This document shows, piece by piece, positions 27,371-36,444 of a stretch of 64,000 bases of DNA. How positions within the stretch are numbered: the first letter of the stretch is position 1; every line of letters begins with the position of its first letter. The translations under genes were made by a program, and so were the position numbers. The notes under the pieces were generated by a model. That model searched no databases and was not told where the DNA came from. It saw only the letters and a program-made list of their open reading frames with translations. Source of the stretch: an uncultured delta proteobacterium (GTDB taxonomy: Bacteria; Myxococcota; UBA727; VGSZ01); contig CAVZJB010000007.1 in the NCBI GenBank assembly GCA_963775425.1, forward strand, positions 32,001-96,000. The letters are read 5' to 3'.

Positions 27371-28429
27371 CTACGGGCAGCCGGGGGCGGGGTCGTTGTC
27401 GTTGATCCCCGGGCACTGCTGGTCCTTGGGCTGGCCGACGATGAAGTCGGCGTCGCACTCGCACAGGCAGTCCTCGAGGTTCGACGGCTCGGCGCACTGG
27501 AGCGTCACCGTCGCCGTCATCTCGTGGGTGCGCCCGCAATCCTCGCCCGCGCGCGGCAGCTCCGTGGCGCGCAACTGGAGCTGGTAGGGCTGCCCCTCGG
27601 CGTCGCGGCTCGAGGTGATGCTCGGGCAGACGTCGAGGTTCGCGAAGTTCGACAGCGTGTCCGGCGCCACCGGCACGCCGAAGCCGTCGGGGCCCTGCTC
27701 GAGGAGCACGGGCCTGCCCTCGCTCGAGATGATGCGGGGCGGGTCCTCGCATTGATCGAACAGCGCCGCCGAGAGCTGCAGGTTGCACGTCACGTTCTTC
27801 GCGCGCACGCCGACGAGCGTGGCCTTGCCGCCCTGCGGCGGCAGGATGAGCGGGATGGTGCCGTTGTCGATGTCGACGTCGGCGAAGGTGCCGTCGGGCT
27901 CCCGCTCGATGAGCACCAGCACCGCGTCCGCCGCCGGCGGCGTGGCGCATGTGGGCGCGGCGGGAGCGGCGGCGGTCTGGTCGCCGCCGAAGCAGACGTC
28001 GCCGGCGGCGCAGTCGGCGTCGACGCTGCAGGCGTCGCCGTGCACGTCGAAGTCGCCGACCACGCAGCGCGCGCACGCGCCGACCTCCTCGAGCGGCACG
28101 CACGGGTCGGTGTTCTTCGGGTCGGCCTCGTCGGGGACGCCGTCGCCGTCGGCGTCGCTCTTGTCGGACTCGAGGGCGTCGATGACGCCGTCGCCGTCGC
28201 TGTCCTTCGGGGCTTCGGCGTCGCCCACCTCGGCGCCGTCGCTCTTGCCGTCGCCGTCGGTGTCCTTGGCGTGGGGGTTTGTGCCGAGCGTCTCCTCGAC
28301 GGCGTTGCTCAGGCCGTCGCCGTCGTCGTCGGGCTCGCAGCCGACGAGCGCGACGACCGCGGCGAGCGCGGCGAGCAGGAATTGCGACCGGGGGGAGCGG
28401 CCGCGCGGGGTTCGGTGTCGGTCGGGCAC
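27371..28429 (-). CDS. Lipoprotein with Ca-binding DxDGDG (TSP3-like) repeats and a Cys-rich C-terminal domain
   Basis: LAALAAVVALVG-C; DDDGDGLSN, DTDGDGKSDG, DSDGDGVID, DADGDGVPD. Start codon uncertain. Confidence 0.7.
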   Translation of the reverse strand: MPDRHRTPRGRSPRSQFLLAALAAVVALVGCEPDDDGDGLSNAVEETLGTNPHAKDTDGDGKSDGAEVGDAEAPKDSDGDGVIDALESDKSDADGDGVPDEADPKNTDPCVPLEEVGACARCVVGDFDVHGDACSVDADCAAGDVCFGGDQTAAAPAAPTCATPPAADAVLVLIEREPDGTFADVDIDNGTIPLILPPQGGKATLVGVRAKNVTCNLQLSAALFDQCEDPPRIISSEGRPVLLEQGPDGFGVPVAPDTLSNFANLDVCPSITSSRDAEGQPYQLQLRATELPRAGEDCGRTHEMTATVTLQCAEPSNLEDCLCECDADFIVGQPKDQQCPGINDNDPAPGCP

Positions 28430-28434
28430 GAGGG

Positions 28435-29481
28435 TCAGTTGCAGAAGACGTCGGTGTCGATCTTCGGCCAGTAGTACACGAACGCGTTGCAGTGCTCCGC
28501 CGTCTCCACCGTGCCGCCGAACGTGTAGCAGCAGTCGTTGGCGCCCTCCGGGTCGCAATCGTTGACGGCGTCGCAGCCCGCCGACGGCTCGCGCCACTGG
28601 TACGCGCAGGTCCACCACACGCCGCCGCCCGACGGCGACACCGCGTCGAGGCCGGTGGCCATGGGCGGATCGTCCCACTGCAGGCTCTCGTAGAACATAT
28701 CGTCGTCGCCGGGGTGCTCGAGCGAGAGGCCGTCCCACGTGTACATGCGCATGCTCGCGAGGCGGCTGTGGCCGTGGCCGTTGGCGGCGGCGATGTGGAT
28801 GTCGGCGCCCGGCGGGAAGCTGCAGGTGCCGTCGAAGCTGGGGTTCGGGTGCGACTGGCAGATGCGAATGCTCTGCTGGGTGGCGAAGAGCGTCCCCATC
28901 TCGATCGGGTCGGGGTCGGGGGACTTGTAGAAGTTCACCTTGGCCTCGCCGCCGTTGGGCGTCTTTTGCGTGCTGGCGTTCACGTAGTGCGCCTGGAGCA
29001 TCAACAGCTCGCCGGGGTGGAAGCGCTGCGCGACGCCCTCGGGCAGGTGCCAGTCGACGCCGACGTCCTGCGAGTTGGCGACCAGCGGCCAGTCCGCCCA
29101 GTTGGTGGAGATCCGGCACTCGCCGCCGTGGACGACGTCGCCGGGGGCGCCGGAGAGGTTGATGATGCTGTTCACGCGAAACACGGTCATGTGGTGCGTG
29201 CCGTCGCGCTCGCCGATGCGGATGCGGTTGATGAAGACGTCGTCGCCGTGGTTGATGTCGGGGACGGCGAAGAAGTAGCAGTCCTGCACCTCGGTGCCCG
29301 CGGGCACGTCGAACACCGGCGTCCGCAACTGGAAGCCCTGATCCGGCGTGAGGTCCTCGACGCCGTCGATGCTCGGATCGCTCGTGTCCGGCGGCGGAGG
29401 CGCCATCAGGCAGCCTCCCGCCAGAAGGCCGCCCGTCAGAAAACCGACACCTGCGACGACGACGCAGATCCGCAGAACCAT
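28435..29481 (-). CDS. Copper type II ascorbate-dependent monooxygenase-like (PHM/DBH fold) lipoprotein
   Basis: GGAGG SD; LLAGG-C; GTHHM, LQAHYVN, NGHGHSR, WWTCAY, AEHCNAFVYYWP. Confidence 0.8.
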   Translation of the reverse strand: MVLRICVVVAGVGFLTGGLLAGGCLMAPPPPDTSDPSIDGVEDLTPDQGFQLRTPVFDVPAGTEVQDCYFFAVPDINHGDDVFINRIRIGERDGTHHMTVFRVNSIINLSGAPGDVVHGGECRISTNWADWPLVANSQDVGVDWHLPEGVAQRFHPGELLMLQAHYVNASTQKTPNGGEAKVNFYKSPDPDPIEMGTLFATQQSIRICQSHPNPSFDGTCSFPPGADIHIAAANGHGHSRLASMRMYTWDGLSLEHPGDDDMFYESLQWDDPPMATGLDAVSPSGGGVWWTCAYQWREPSAGCDAVNDCDPEGANDCCYTFGGTVETAEHCNAFVYYWPKIDTDVFCN

Positions 29482-29587
29482 CACGCCTCCAGCGAGCAGC
29501 GTAACACGTCGTTGCCGCCATGCAGGACGCGGACCATCGGTCAGCGTGCGGTCCCGCACGCCCGGTGCGCGCGGGGGGCCGGCGGCG

Positions 29588-30103
29588 CTAGAGGGCTTCG
29601 ATGGCGCCGATGACGTCGTCGACGTGGCCGGCGACCTTCACCTTGGGCCACGCGCGGGCGATCTTGCCGCTTTTGTCGACGAGGAAGGTGGAGCGGATCA
29701 CCCCGAGGACCTTCTTGCCGTACATGACCTTTTCGCCCCAGGCGCCCCAGGCGCTGTGCACGGCGAGATCGGGATCGGACAGGAGCGTAAACGGCAGCTT
29801 GTACTTGGCCTTGAACTTGTCGTGGCTGGCCATGCTGTCCCTGGACACGCCGTAGACGACGGCGCCGGTCTTCGCGATGCGCGCCATGTTGTCGCGAAAG
29901 TCGCAGGCCTCGGTGGTGCAGCCGGGCGTGTCATCGCGCGGATAGAAGTAGACGACCGTGGGCTTGCCTTTGACGAGGCCGTGCGTCGCGCCGTCGGTGC
30001 CGGCCAGCGTGAACGACGGCGCCTTGTCGCCGACGTCGAGCTTCACCTTGGACGCGGGCGGGGGCTTCTTCTTCGCGGGGGCGGCCTTCTTCTTGGCGGG
30101 CAT
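29588..30103 (-). CDS. bcp: BCP/PrxQ peroxiredoxin
   Basis: YFYPRDDTPGCTTEACDFRD, GVSRD, LLSDPD, RSTFLVD. Confidence 0.95.
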   Translation of the reverse strand: MPAKKKAAPAKKKPPPASKVKLDVGDKAPSFTLAGTDGATHGLVKGKPTVVYFYPRDDTPGCTTEACDFRDNMARIAKTGAVVYGVSRDSMASHDKFKAKYKLPFTLLSDPDLAVHSAWGAWGEKVMYGKKVLGVIRSTFLVDKSGKIARAWPKVKVAGHVDDVIGAIEAL

Positions 30104-30106
30104 GCG

Positions 30107-31036
30107 TCACTCCTGGTTCTTGCGCGCGAGCTCGCGGCGGCGCTTCATGTCGTCGGTGGCGTAGAGCATCAAGGGGGGCGCGCGATCCTGCAGCAGGAGC
30201 CGCGCGCCCGTGGGGAGATCGAAGGCCTCGTGCGGCCCGTCGAGGTACACGCGCCCCTCGCGCATCTTGGAAGTCACCGCGACGGCGTCCCCCCGCTCGA
30301 GCCAGAACGAGGCGAGCGCGAGCGGGGGGCCGTCGGCGAGGAAGGGCTCGCGGACGCGCACCTGGCAGCGCTCGTCGTCGAGCTCCACCACGGTGCCTCC
30401 CGCCGACGCCACCGCCGCCGTGGACCCCGCGGCGGTGCTCACCCAGACGCCGGAGGAGCGGTGATCCTCGACGGAGCCCCACTTCTGACGGGCGCGGTGC
30501 TCGATGAAGTAGCGCGACGTGGCCGCCGGGTTCTTGTGTGCCACCAGCACGTCGTTCAGCACCGGAAACGGCAAGGGCTCGTCGTCGATGGTGCCCGACA
30601 GGCGGCGCACCGGCGTCGGCCGCCAGGCGTCCGACAGCAGGTCGGCGAGGAGCGCGGCGAAGTTCCCGCGGTGGCCGGCGCACAGGAAGCCCACGGAGTG
30701 ACCGGGGTCCGAATTCACGCCGAGGACCGATTGGTCGACGACCTTGTGGCTCGCGTCGAGCAGCGTGCCGTCGCCGCCGACGCTGACGACGAGCTTGCCG
30801 TCGATCATCTCGGGCTTGAGGCGGGCCCGGTACACCTTCTTGTGCTCGACGCGCTCCGCCTTCAGCGCGCGCTCCACCTCGACGAGCGTGGCGTCGTGCG
30901 CCTCGTGCGACGCCTGCATCGGCGCGACGCTCGGGTCACGCTTGTGGAGGAGGCGCTGGATGCGCGTGTTGTGCTTCTCGGCGGCAAGCTGGAGCAGCGA
31001 CTTCTTGTAGACGATGAGGACGTCGGGGCGTCTCAT
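30107..31036 (-). CDS. nadK: NAD(+)/NADH kinase
   Basis: VGGDGTLL, LGVNSDP...GFLC, VLNDV, STAAGSTA. Confidence 0.9.
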   Translation of the reverse strand: MRRPDVLIVYKKSLLQLAAEKHNTRIQRLLHKRDPSVAPMQASHEAHDATLVEVERALKAERVEHKKVYRARLKPEMIDGKLVVSVGGDGTLLDASHKVVDQSVLGVNSDPGHSVGFLCAGHRGNFAALLADLLSDAWRPTPVRRLSGTIDDEPLPFPVLNDVLVAHKNPAATSRYFIEHRARQKWGSVEDHRSSGVWVSTAAGSTAAVASAGGTVVELDDERCQVRVREPFLADGPPLALASFWLERGDAVAVTSKMREGRVYLDGPHEAFDLPTGARLLLQDRAPPLMLYATDDMKRRRELARKNQE

Positions 31037-31112
31037 ACCGGGCTCCTCGCCGTACGTTCCCTTGACCGTCGATCGCCCCGGGTCCTAGCGTGACCGCGGC
31101 GGGACCAAAACA

Positions 31113-31850
31113 GTGGATGATCAACACAAGACTGCGCTGGTCAACTCGTTCACCAACATCGTGCGCCAGTCCGGGGTGGCGGGCATCGATGCCCAGCGGC
31201 TCGGCATGGCCTTCCGCATGAGCCTCGAGGGCGACCAGACCGTCATCGAGCTCCAGCCGCTGTTCGACTACCTCACCAAGGACCAGGGGGTCCCCGAGCA
31301 GTCCGTGCTCGAGCTCTGCGTGATCCTGAAGGCCCGCGAGGAGAAGCTCAGCGTCACATTCGCGCCGGCGGAGAAGCAGGCCGAGCTGCCCGACGCGGCG
31401 GTGCAGAAGATCATGACGGCCTTCCATGGCCGCGTGGGCACGTGGGACAAGACCGGCGAGGTCGTGCTGCCGCCCAAGCCCGGCGCGGCGGCCGAGCCGG
31501 GGTGGGCGCCCAAGAAGGACAACAAGCGCGGGGACAAGCGGCCGCGCACCAACACCCGCGTCCTCGCGGCCGCGCTCGGCGTCTGCGTCCTCGCCGGGAT
31601 CTTCTTCTTCGGGTGGCGCGCCAAGACCCTCAAGCCGCCGATGCGGGAGATCCCGATCCCCGCGGGGGTCAAGTGCGCGCACGTCCAATCCGACGGCACC
31701 ACCGCGATCTGCGACGTCACGCGGGCGATGGTGAAGAGCATGGATCGCCCTACGCTCGAGGCCCTCGCGCTCAACAACAAGCGGGCGCTCCGGACGCGGA
31801 TGATCGTCGTGCGAACCCTCGAGGATCAGAAGATCATCATTCTGAAATAG
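31113..31850 (+). CDS. Hypothetical single-pass membrane protein
   Basis: GC3-rich codons; one TM segment VLAAALGVCVLAGIFFFGW. Confidence 0.7.
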   Translation: MDDQHKTALVNSFTNIVRQSGVAGIDAQRLGMAFRMSLEGDQTVIELQPLFDYLTKDQGVPEQSVLELCVILKAREEKLSVTFAPAEKQAELPDAAVQKIMTAFHGRVGTWDKTGEVVLPPKPGAAAEPGWAPKKDNKRGDKRPRTNTRVLAAALGVCVLAGIFFFGWRAKTLKPPMREIPIPAGVKCAHVQSDGTTAICDVTRAMVKSMDRPTLEALALNNKRALRTRMIVVRTLEDQKIIILK

Positions 31851-31887
31851 GTCCGTACCCAGGTTGCCAGGGGCGCTCGAGCCGGTC

Positions 31888-31907
31888 ATAAGAATCCCGG
31901 TTCTATT
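31888..31907. promoter_or_regulatory. Candidate TetR operator AGAA-N6-TTCT
   Basis: ATAAGAATCCCGGTTCTATT is an AT-rich imperfect palindrome about 20 nt upstream of the TetR start. Confidence 0.45.
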
Positions 31908-31928
31908 CCCGTCCCGGCCGGAGCGTGC

Positions 31929-32576
31929 GTGACCACGGCGTTGTCTTCCCTCGAATGGGTCCGGGCCCCCCAGCAAGCGCGCAGCCAGGACACCCTGGCC
32001 CGCCTCCTCGACGCCGCCGAGTCGCTCCTCGAGGAGCTGCCCTGGGACGCCATCACCGTGGCGGCGCTGGTGGCGCGCGCGAAGTCGTCGGTGGGCGCCT
32101 TCTACGCGCGCTTCCCCGACAAGGACTCGCTCTTGCAACATCTGCACGCGCGACGCTCCAACGAGGCGGTGCAGACCGCGGACCAGGCGCTCGCGCGCGA
32201 CCGGTGGCAGGGCGTGTCGCTCGAGCAACTGGTGCGCTCGTTGGTGGCGTTCACCGCGCGCGACTACATCGAGCACGCGGGCTTCCACCGCGAGATCGTG
32301 CGGCGCAACAGCGTGGACCCGCGCTTCCGCGAGCGCTCCGCGCAGGTGGGCGCCCACACCTGTCGCCTGGTGGCGAGCCTGCTCGAGGACCGCCGCGCCG
32401 ACATCCAGGTGAACGACACCATGCGCGCGGCGGACATGGTCCACCGCATCCTGTTTTCCGTCCTCGACCAGCGCACGCAATTCTTCGACTGTTCCCCCGG
32501 CGTGCACACGCTGACGCCCGACGAGCTGGTCGACGAGATCGTGCGCGCCTGTCTCGGGTACCTCGGAGCGCGATGA
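31929..32576 (+). CDS. TetR/AcrR family regulator
   Basis: PQQARSQDTLARLLDAAESLL...ITVAALVARAKSSVGAFYARFPDKDSLL. Confidence 0.92.
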   Translation: MTTALSSLEWVRAPQQARSQDTLARLLDAAESLLEELPWDAITVAALVARAKSSVGAFYARFPDKDSLLQHLHARRSNEAVQTADQALARDRWQGVSLEQLVRSLVAFTARDYIEHAGFHREIVRRNSVDPRFRERSAQVGAHTCRLVASLLEDRRADIQVNDTMRAADMVHRILFSVLDQRTQFFDCSPGVHTLTPDELVDEIVRACLGYLGAR

Positions 32577-33676
32577 CCGGTGCGCCCCGCCTCGCCCTCG
32601 TCGTCGTCGTCGTCGTGGTCGCCGCGGCGTGCGCATCCGACGTGGCGCGACCGGCGGCGACCGTGAAGCCCATCGTCGCTGCGTTCGGCGACGACGCGGG
32701 GCGCGGCAACCTCCTCGGCGTGCAGCCGTGGCTGACGCCGCTCGACTACGCCACCCCCGGGCGCCTCGACCACAAGCTGCGCGGCCTGCTCGACGAGGCC
32801 AAGGCGCGAGGGCTCCTCGGCCCGCGGACGGTGGTGGTCTTCCCCGAGTACATGGGCGCGTGGCTCGTCGGCGTCGACGAAGGCCGCGGCGTGCTCGAGG
32901 CGGCGCACATCGCGAGCGCCATGCGCTCCCTCGCCGCCGCCCACCCGATCGACTTCGCCGCCGCCGCGCTCGGCGCGCCCGCGCACGACGCCATGGCGTA
33001 CGCCGCGTTCGCCGTGAAGGCCAGGCGGATGGCCCAGGTGCACGAGCAGATCTTCTCGGCCATCGCCCGCGACTACGAGGTCACCGTCGCCGGCGCGAGC
33101 ACGCTGCTGCCGGGCGCCGTCGTCGAGGGCGGACACATCGCCGTCACCCCGGGCGCGCCCCTGCAAAACGTCGCGTTCCTGTTTCACCCCGACGGCACCG
33201 TCGATCCGCAGGTGGCGCGCAAGGCGTTCCCCACCGCCGACGAGCGGCCCTTCGTCGCCGCCGCCGCCGTCGGCGACCTGCCCGTCTACGACACGCCCGC
33301 CGGCGCGCTCGGCGTCGTCATCTGCGCGGACTCGTGGTTCCCGCAGACCTACGACGTGCTCCACGACAAGGGCGCCGCGCTCATCGCCGTGCCCGTGTTC
33401 ATCGACGGCGACTGGGACCTGCCGTGGAAGGGCTACTCCGGGCAGCCGGCGCCCCACGACGTCGACGCGCACGACGTCGGCGCGCTCACGGAGCGAGAAG
33501 CGTGGGCGAAGTACGCGCTGCCCGGCCGCGCCAACGTCGACAAGGCGCTGCTGGTGCCCCTGCGCGGGGCGCTGTGGGACCTGCGCGACAGCGGGCGCCC
33601 CCTCGTCGTGAACGGCGCCGCCCGCGACGCCGGGCCCGAGGCGGACGGCCCGCTCCTCGTGAGCTTGTGGCTTTGA
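32573..33676 (+). CDS. Exported carbon-nitrogen hydrolase (nitrilase family) lipoprotein
   Basis: ATGA overlap with tetR; VVVVAAA-C; catalytic VFPEY, RKAFP, ICADSWFP. Confidence 0.85.
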   Translation: MTGAPRLALVVVVVVVAAACASDVARPAATVKPIVAAFGDDAGRGNLLGVQPWLTPLDYATPGRLDHKLRGLLDEAKARGLLGPRTVVVFPEYMGAWLVGVDEGRGVLEAAHIASAMRSLAAAHPIDFAAAALGAPAHDAMAYAAFAVKARRMAQVHEQIFSAIARDYEVTVAGASTLLPGAVVEGGHIAVTPGAPLQNVAFLFHPDGTVDPQVARKAFPTADERPFVAAAAVGDLPVYDTPAGALGVVICADSWFPQTYDVLHDKGAALIAVPVFIDGDWDLPWKGYSGQPAPHDVDAHDVGALTEREAWAKYALPGRANVDKALLVPLRGALWDLRDSGRPLVVNGAARDAGPEADGPLLVSLWL

Positions 33677-33707
33677 GGAATTTACGAGAGCGGAGTAGAG
33701 GGCGCGC

Positions 33708-34601
33708 ATGATCAAAAACGCCCTGGCCGCCACCGCGGCCGCCGCCGCGCTCTTCGCCTGCACCCCGAAAGAGGCCGACGCCAAGAAGCCCGACACGAAA
33801 GCCACGCCGGAGACGCCCACGGCAAACGGTGACATCCCCGCGCCGCCCGACGTCGCCGCGCCCCCGGCGGACGCCGAGAAGAGCCCGAGCGGCCTCGCCT
33901 CCAAGGTGCTCGTGAAGGGCACCGGCACCGAGCACCCGGAGGCGCAGGACACCGTCGAGGTGAACTACACCGGCTGGACCAAGGACGGGCACATGTTCGA
34001 CTCCTCGGTGAAGCGCCACCACACCATCAAGTTCCCGCTCAACCGGGTGATCAAGGGCTGGACCGAGGGCGTGCAGCTCATGGTCACGGGCGAGAAGCGC
34101 CGGTTCTGGATCCCCGCGGACCTCGCCTACGGCGACACCCCGCGCCGCCCGGGGGCGCCCTCGGGCCAGCTCACCTTCGACGTCGAGCTCGTGAGCATCG
34201 AGAAGGCGCCCAAGCCCCTGCCGGTGCCGTCCACGCCGCCCGACGTCGCCGCCGTCCCCAAGGACGCCAAGACCACCCCGAGCGGCCTCGCCTACAAGGT
34301 GCTCGAGAAGGGCACGGGCTCGGTGCACCCCACGCCCGCCGACACCGTCGAGGTGCATTACGCGGGCTGGACCACCGACGGCCACATGTTCGACAACTCC
34401 TACTCGCGCGGGCAGACCACCAAGTTCCCGCTGCTCGGCGTCATCAAGGGCTGGACCGAGGGTGTGCAGCTCATGACCGTCGGCGAGAAGATGCGCTTCT
34501 GGATCCCGGCAAACCTGGCCTACGGCGACAACCCGCGGCCGGGTGCGCCCAAGGGGATGCTGGTGTTCGACATCCAGCTCGTGAGCATCCAGGGCAAATA
34601 G
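33708..34601 (+). CDS. Double-domain FKBP-type peptidyl-prolyl isomerase lipoprotein
   Basis: LFA-C; two copies of SGLA.KVL.KGTG...V.Y.GWT.DGHMFD...VIKGWTEGVQLM..GEK.RFWIPA.LAYG. Confidence 0.95.
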   Translation: MIKNALAATAAAAALFACTPKEADAKKPDTKATPETPTANGDIPAPPDVAAPPADAEKSPSGLASKVLVKGTGTEHPEAQDTVEVNYTGWTKDGHMFDSSVKRHHTIKFPLNRVIKGWTEGVQLMVTGEKRRFWIPADLAYGDTPRRPGAPSGQLTFDVELVSIEKAPKPLPVPSTPPDVAAVPKDAKTTPSGLAYKVLEKGTGSVHPTPADTVEVHYAGWTTDGHMFDNSYSRGQTTKFPLLGVIKGWTEGVQLMTVGEKMRFWIPANLAYGDNPRPGAPKGMLVFDIQLVSIQGK

Positions 34602-34605
34602 GCTC

Positions 34606-35061
34606 TCAGGGCGTCTCGAGCGTCGTCCTCAGGCTGGCGACGTCGATGCGGATGTCCACGGCCCGCGCGGCGGCGTCGCAGGTGGCGCCGCTGTGGACGA
34701 CGACCTCGGCGGCGCCGGCGTCGGGGACGATGGAGACGTTCACCGACGTCGACACGGCGAGGCCCGCGCCGTCGAACTGCCGACCGGTGACGGTGCCGCC
34801 GTCGGCGACGAACTCGTCCGCGAGGCCGACGCCGGTCTCGGCGAACGTGTTGAGCGACAGCGTGAGCGTGAGCGTGCCCCCGCCGCTGTCGCTGGTGAAC
34901 GCCGAGAGCCACAGGTTGATGTCGTCGGCCGGCGCGCAGGCCTGCGGCGGGAACGCGACCAGGTTCGCGGAGGTGATGGGGCAGCCCACCATGCTGACGC
35001 TGACCGCGCCGGCGCCGATGACGAGGAGGGGCTTTCCGTGACGGGGGCGGCGCCGTGCCAT
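34606..35061 (-). CDS. Small hypothetical lipoprotein
   Basis: MARRRPRHGKPLLVIGAGAVSVSMVG-C followed by a beta-rich domain. Confidence 0.55.
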   Translation of the reverse strand: MARRRPRHGKPLLVIGAGAVSVSMVGCPITSANLVAFPPQACAPADDINLWLSAFTSDSGGGTLTLTLSLNTFAETGVGLADEFVADGGTVTGRQFDGAGLAVSTSVNVSIVPDAGAAEVVVHSGATCDAAARAVDIRIDVASLRTTLETP

Positions 35062-35081
35062 GTCGCGTATCTTGCCCCACG

Positions 35082-36413
35082 GTGACCCACTCGCAAAGCG
35101 CCGCGGATCCACCGAGCGTCGACGGCGGCGCGCGCGGGCTCTCCCCGGGGATCGCGCTCGCCGCGCTCCGCGTCTTGCTCGCGGCGGCCGTGCTCCTCTC
35201 CGCCGACGTGTGGCGCGCGCCGCTGACCGTGCCGGCCCCGGGCGCGCCGGCGACGGCGCCCGCGCTCTTCGGTGCGCCGTGGCTGTGGCTGCCGCGCAGC
35301 GCGGGCGTCGTGCACGCCCTCGTCGCCGTCGTCGTCGTGAGCGCGGCGCTGGTGCTCGCGGGGGCGGCGACGCGCGCGTCGTCGACGGTGCTGACGCTGT
35401 CGTTGACGGTGCTCCTCGGCCTCGTGCAGTTGCAGGGCACGCCCGTCCACGTGCACCACCTCGCGTGGATGGCGGCGCTCGTGGCGGCGGGCGGCGCGGG
35501 CGGCTCCTTCTCGGTGGACGCGCTCGTGCGGCGGTGGCGCGGCGGCGACACGGGGCTGCGCGGGGCGCGCGCGGGGCGGGACGCCGGCGCGGCGATCGCC
35601 CTGCGCGCCGCGGCGTTGGTGCTCGCGCTCGTGTACTTCTTTCCCGGGCTGCACAAGCTCGTCGACGCGGGCTCGCCGTTTTTCGACGGGGCGTCGCTTC
35701 AGCGCCTGATCCGCTTGAAGGCGCTCGAGGCCGGCGGCGACGTCCCCTTCGGCCTCGACGCGCACCCCGCGCTCCTCGTCGCCGGCGGCGCCGTCGTCAT
35801 CGGCGTGGAGCTGTCGATGCCGCTCCTGGCGTGCCTGCGTCCGTGGACGGCGGGCGTGGCCGCGCTCGTTCTCCACGCGGTGTTCGCGGTCGGCTTCCAT
35901 ATGCCCTTCGGCGTGCTCGCGATCTTCGCGCCGGTGTTCTTCCTCGACGAGGCCGCGCGCCGCGCGTCCGCCGGCGCCCGCCACGGCGTCGCCGATCGCG
36001 GCGGCCTCTCCGCGGCGCCGCGCGCCGGTCTCGCGGTGGCAGGCGTGGTGCTCACGGGCGTCGTCGTCGCCGGCGCGCTCGGCGAGATGCGCGGGTATCC
36101 GTTCGCCTGCTACCCCACGTTCGCCGTGCCCGTGCCCCACGCCGTGCCCGACCTGCGCGTCTTCGTGGGCGCGCAAGCGAGCGCGCTTCCGTACGGCGTC
36201 CTCGCGCCCGAAGACGTGCGCACCGCCGTCGTCGCCGCCGCCCGCCGCGTGCGCACCGCCGGCGACGCCCGCCGCTTCCTCGCGTGGCGCATGCGCGATC
36301 CGCGCTTCGCCGCGGCCGTCGCCGGCGCCCGCGCGCGCGTCGTCCTCTTCGACGTCAACCTCGACGACATGCGCCGGTACAACGAGCGGACCGTCTCCGT
36401 CGACGTCCCGTGA
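35082..36413 (+). CDS. HTTM-domain multi-pass membrane protein
   Basis: Many TM segments; LVYFFPGLHKL, VELSMPLL, LHAVF, YPFACYPTFA. Start uncertain. Confidence 0.65.
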   Translation: MTHSQSAADPPSVDGGARGLSPGIALAALRVLLAAAVLLSADVWRAPLTVPAPGAPATAPALFGAPWLWLPRSAGVVHALVAVVVVSAALVLAGAATRASSTVLTLSLTVLLGLVQLQGTPVHVHHLAWMAALVAAGGAGGSFSVDALVRRWRGGDTGLRGARAGRDAGAAIALRAAALVLALVYFFPGLHKLVDAGSPFFDGASLQRLIRLKALEAGGDVPFGLDAHPALLVAGGAVVIGVELSMPLLACLRPWTAGVAALVLHAVFAVGFHMPFGVLAIFAPVFFLDEAARRASAGARHGVADRGGLSAAPRAGLAVAGVVLTGVVVAGALGEMRGYPFACYPTFAVPVPHAVPDLRVFVGAQASALPYGVLAPEDVRTAVVAAARRVRTAGDARRFLAWRMRDPRFAAAVAGARARVVLFDVNLDDMRRYNERTVSVDVP

Positions 36414-36444
36414 ACGCTTGCCGCTCGACGTCGCGCGGCGAGCG

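Noticed and set aside
27078-27587. 169-aa ORF as an intact gene
   Set aside because: Only the osmC N-terminal part is real; the rest is out of frame and antisense to the neighbouring lipoprotein gene.
33830-34590. Long internal direct repeat as a mobile-element or assembly duplication
   Set aside because: It is explained by two diverged in-frame FKBP domains.
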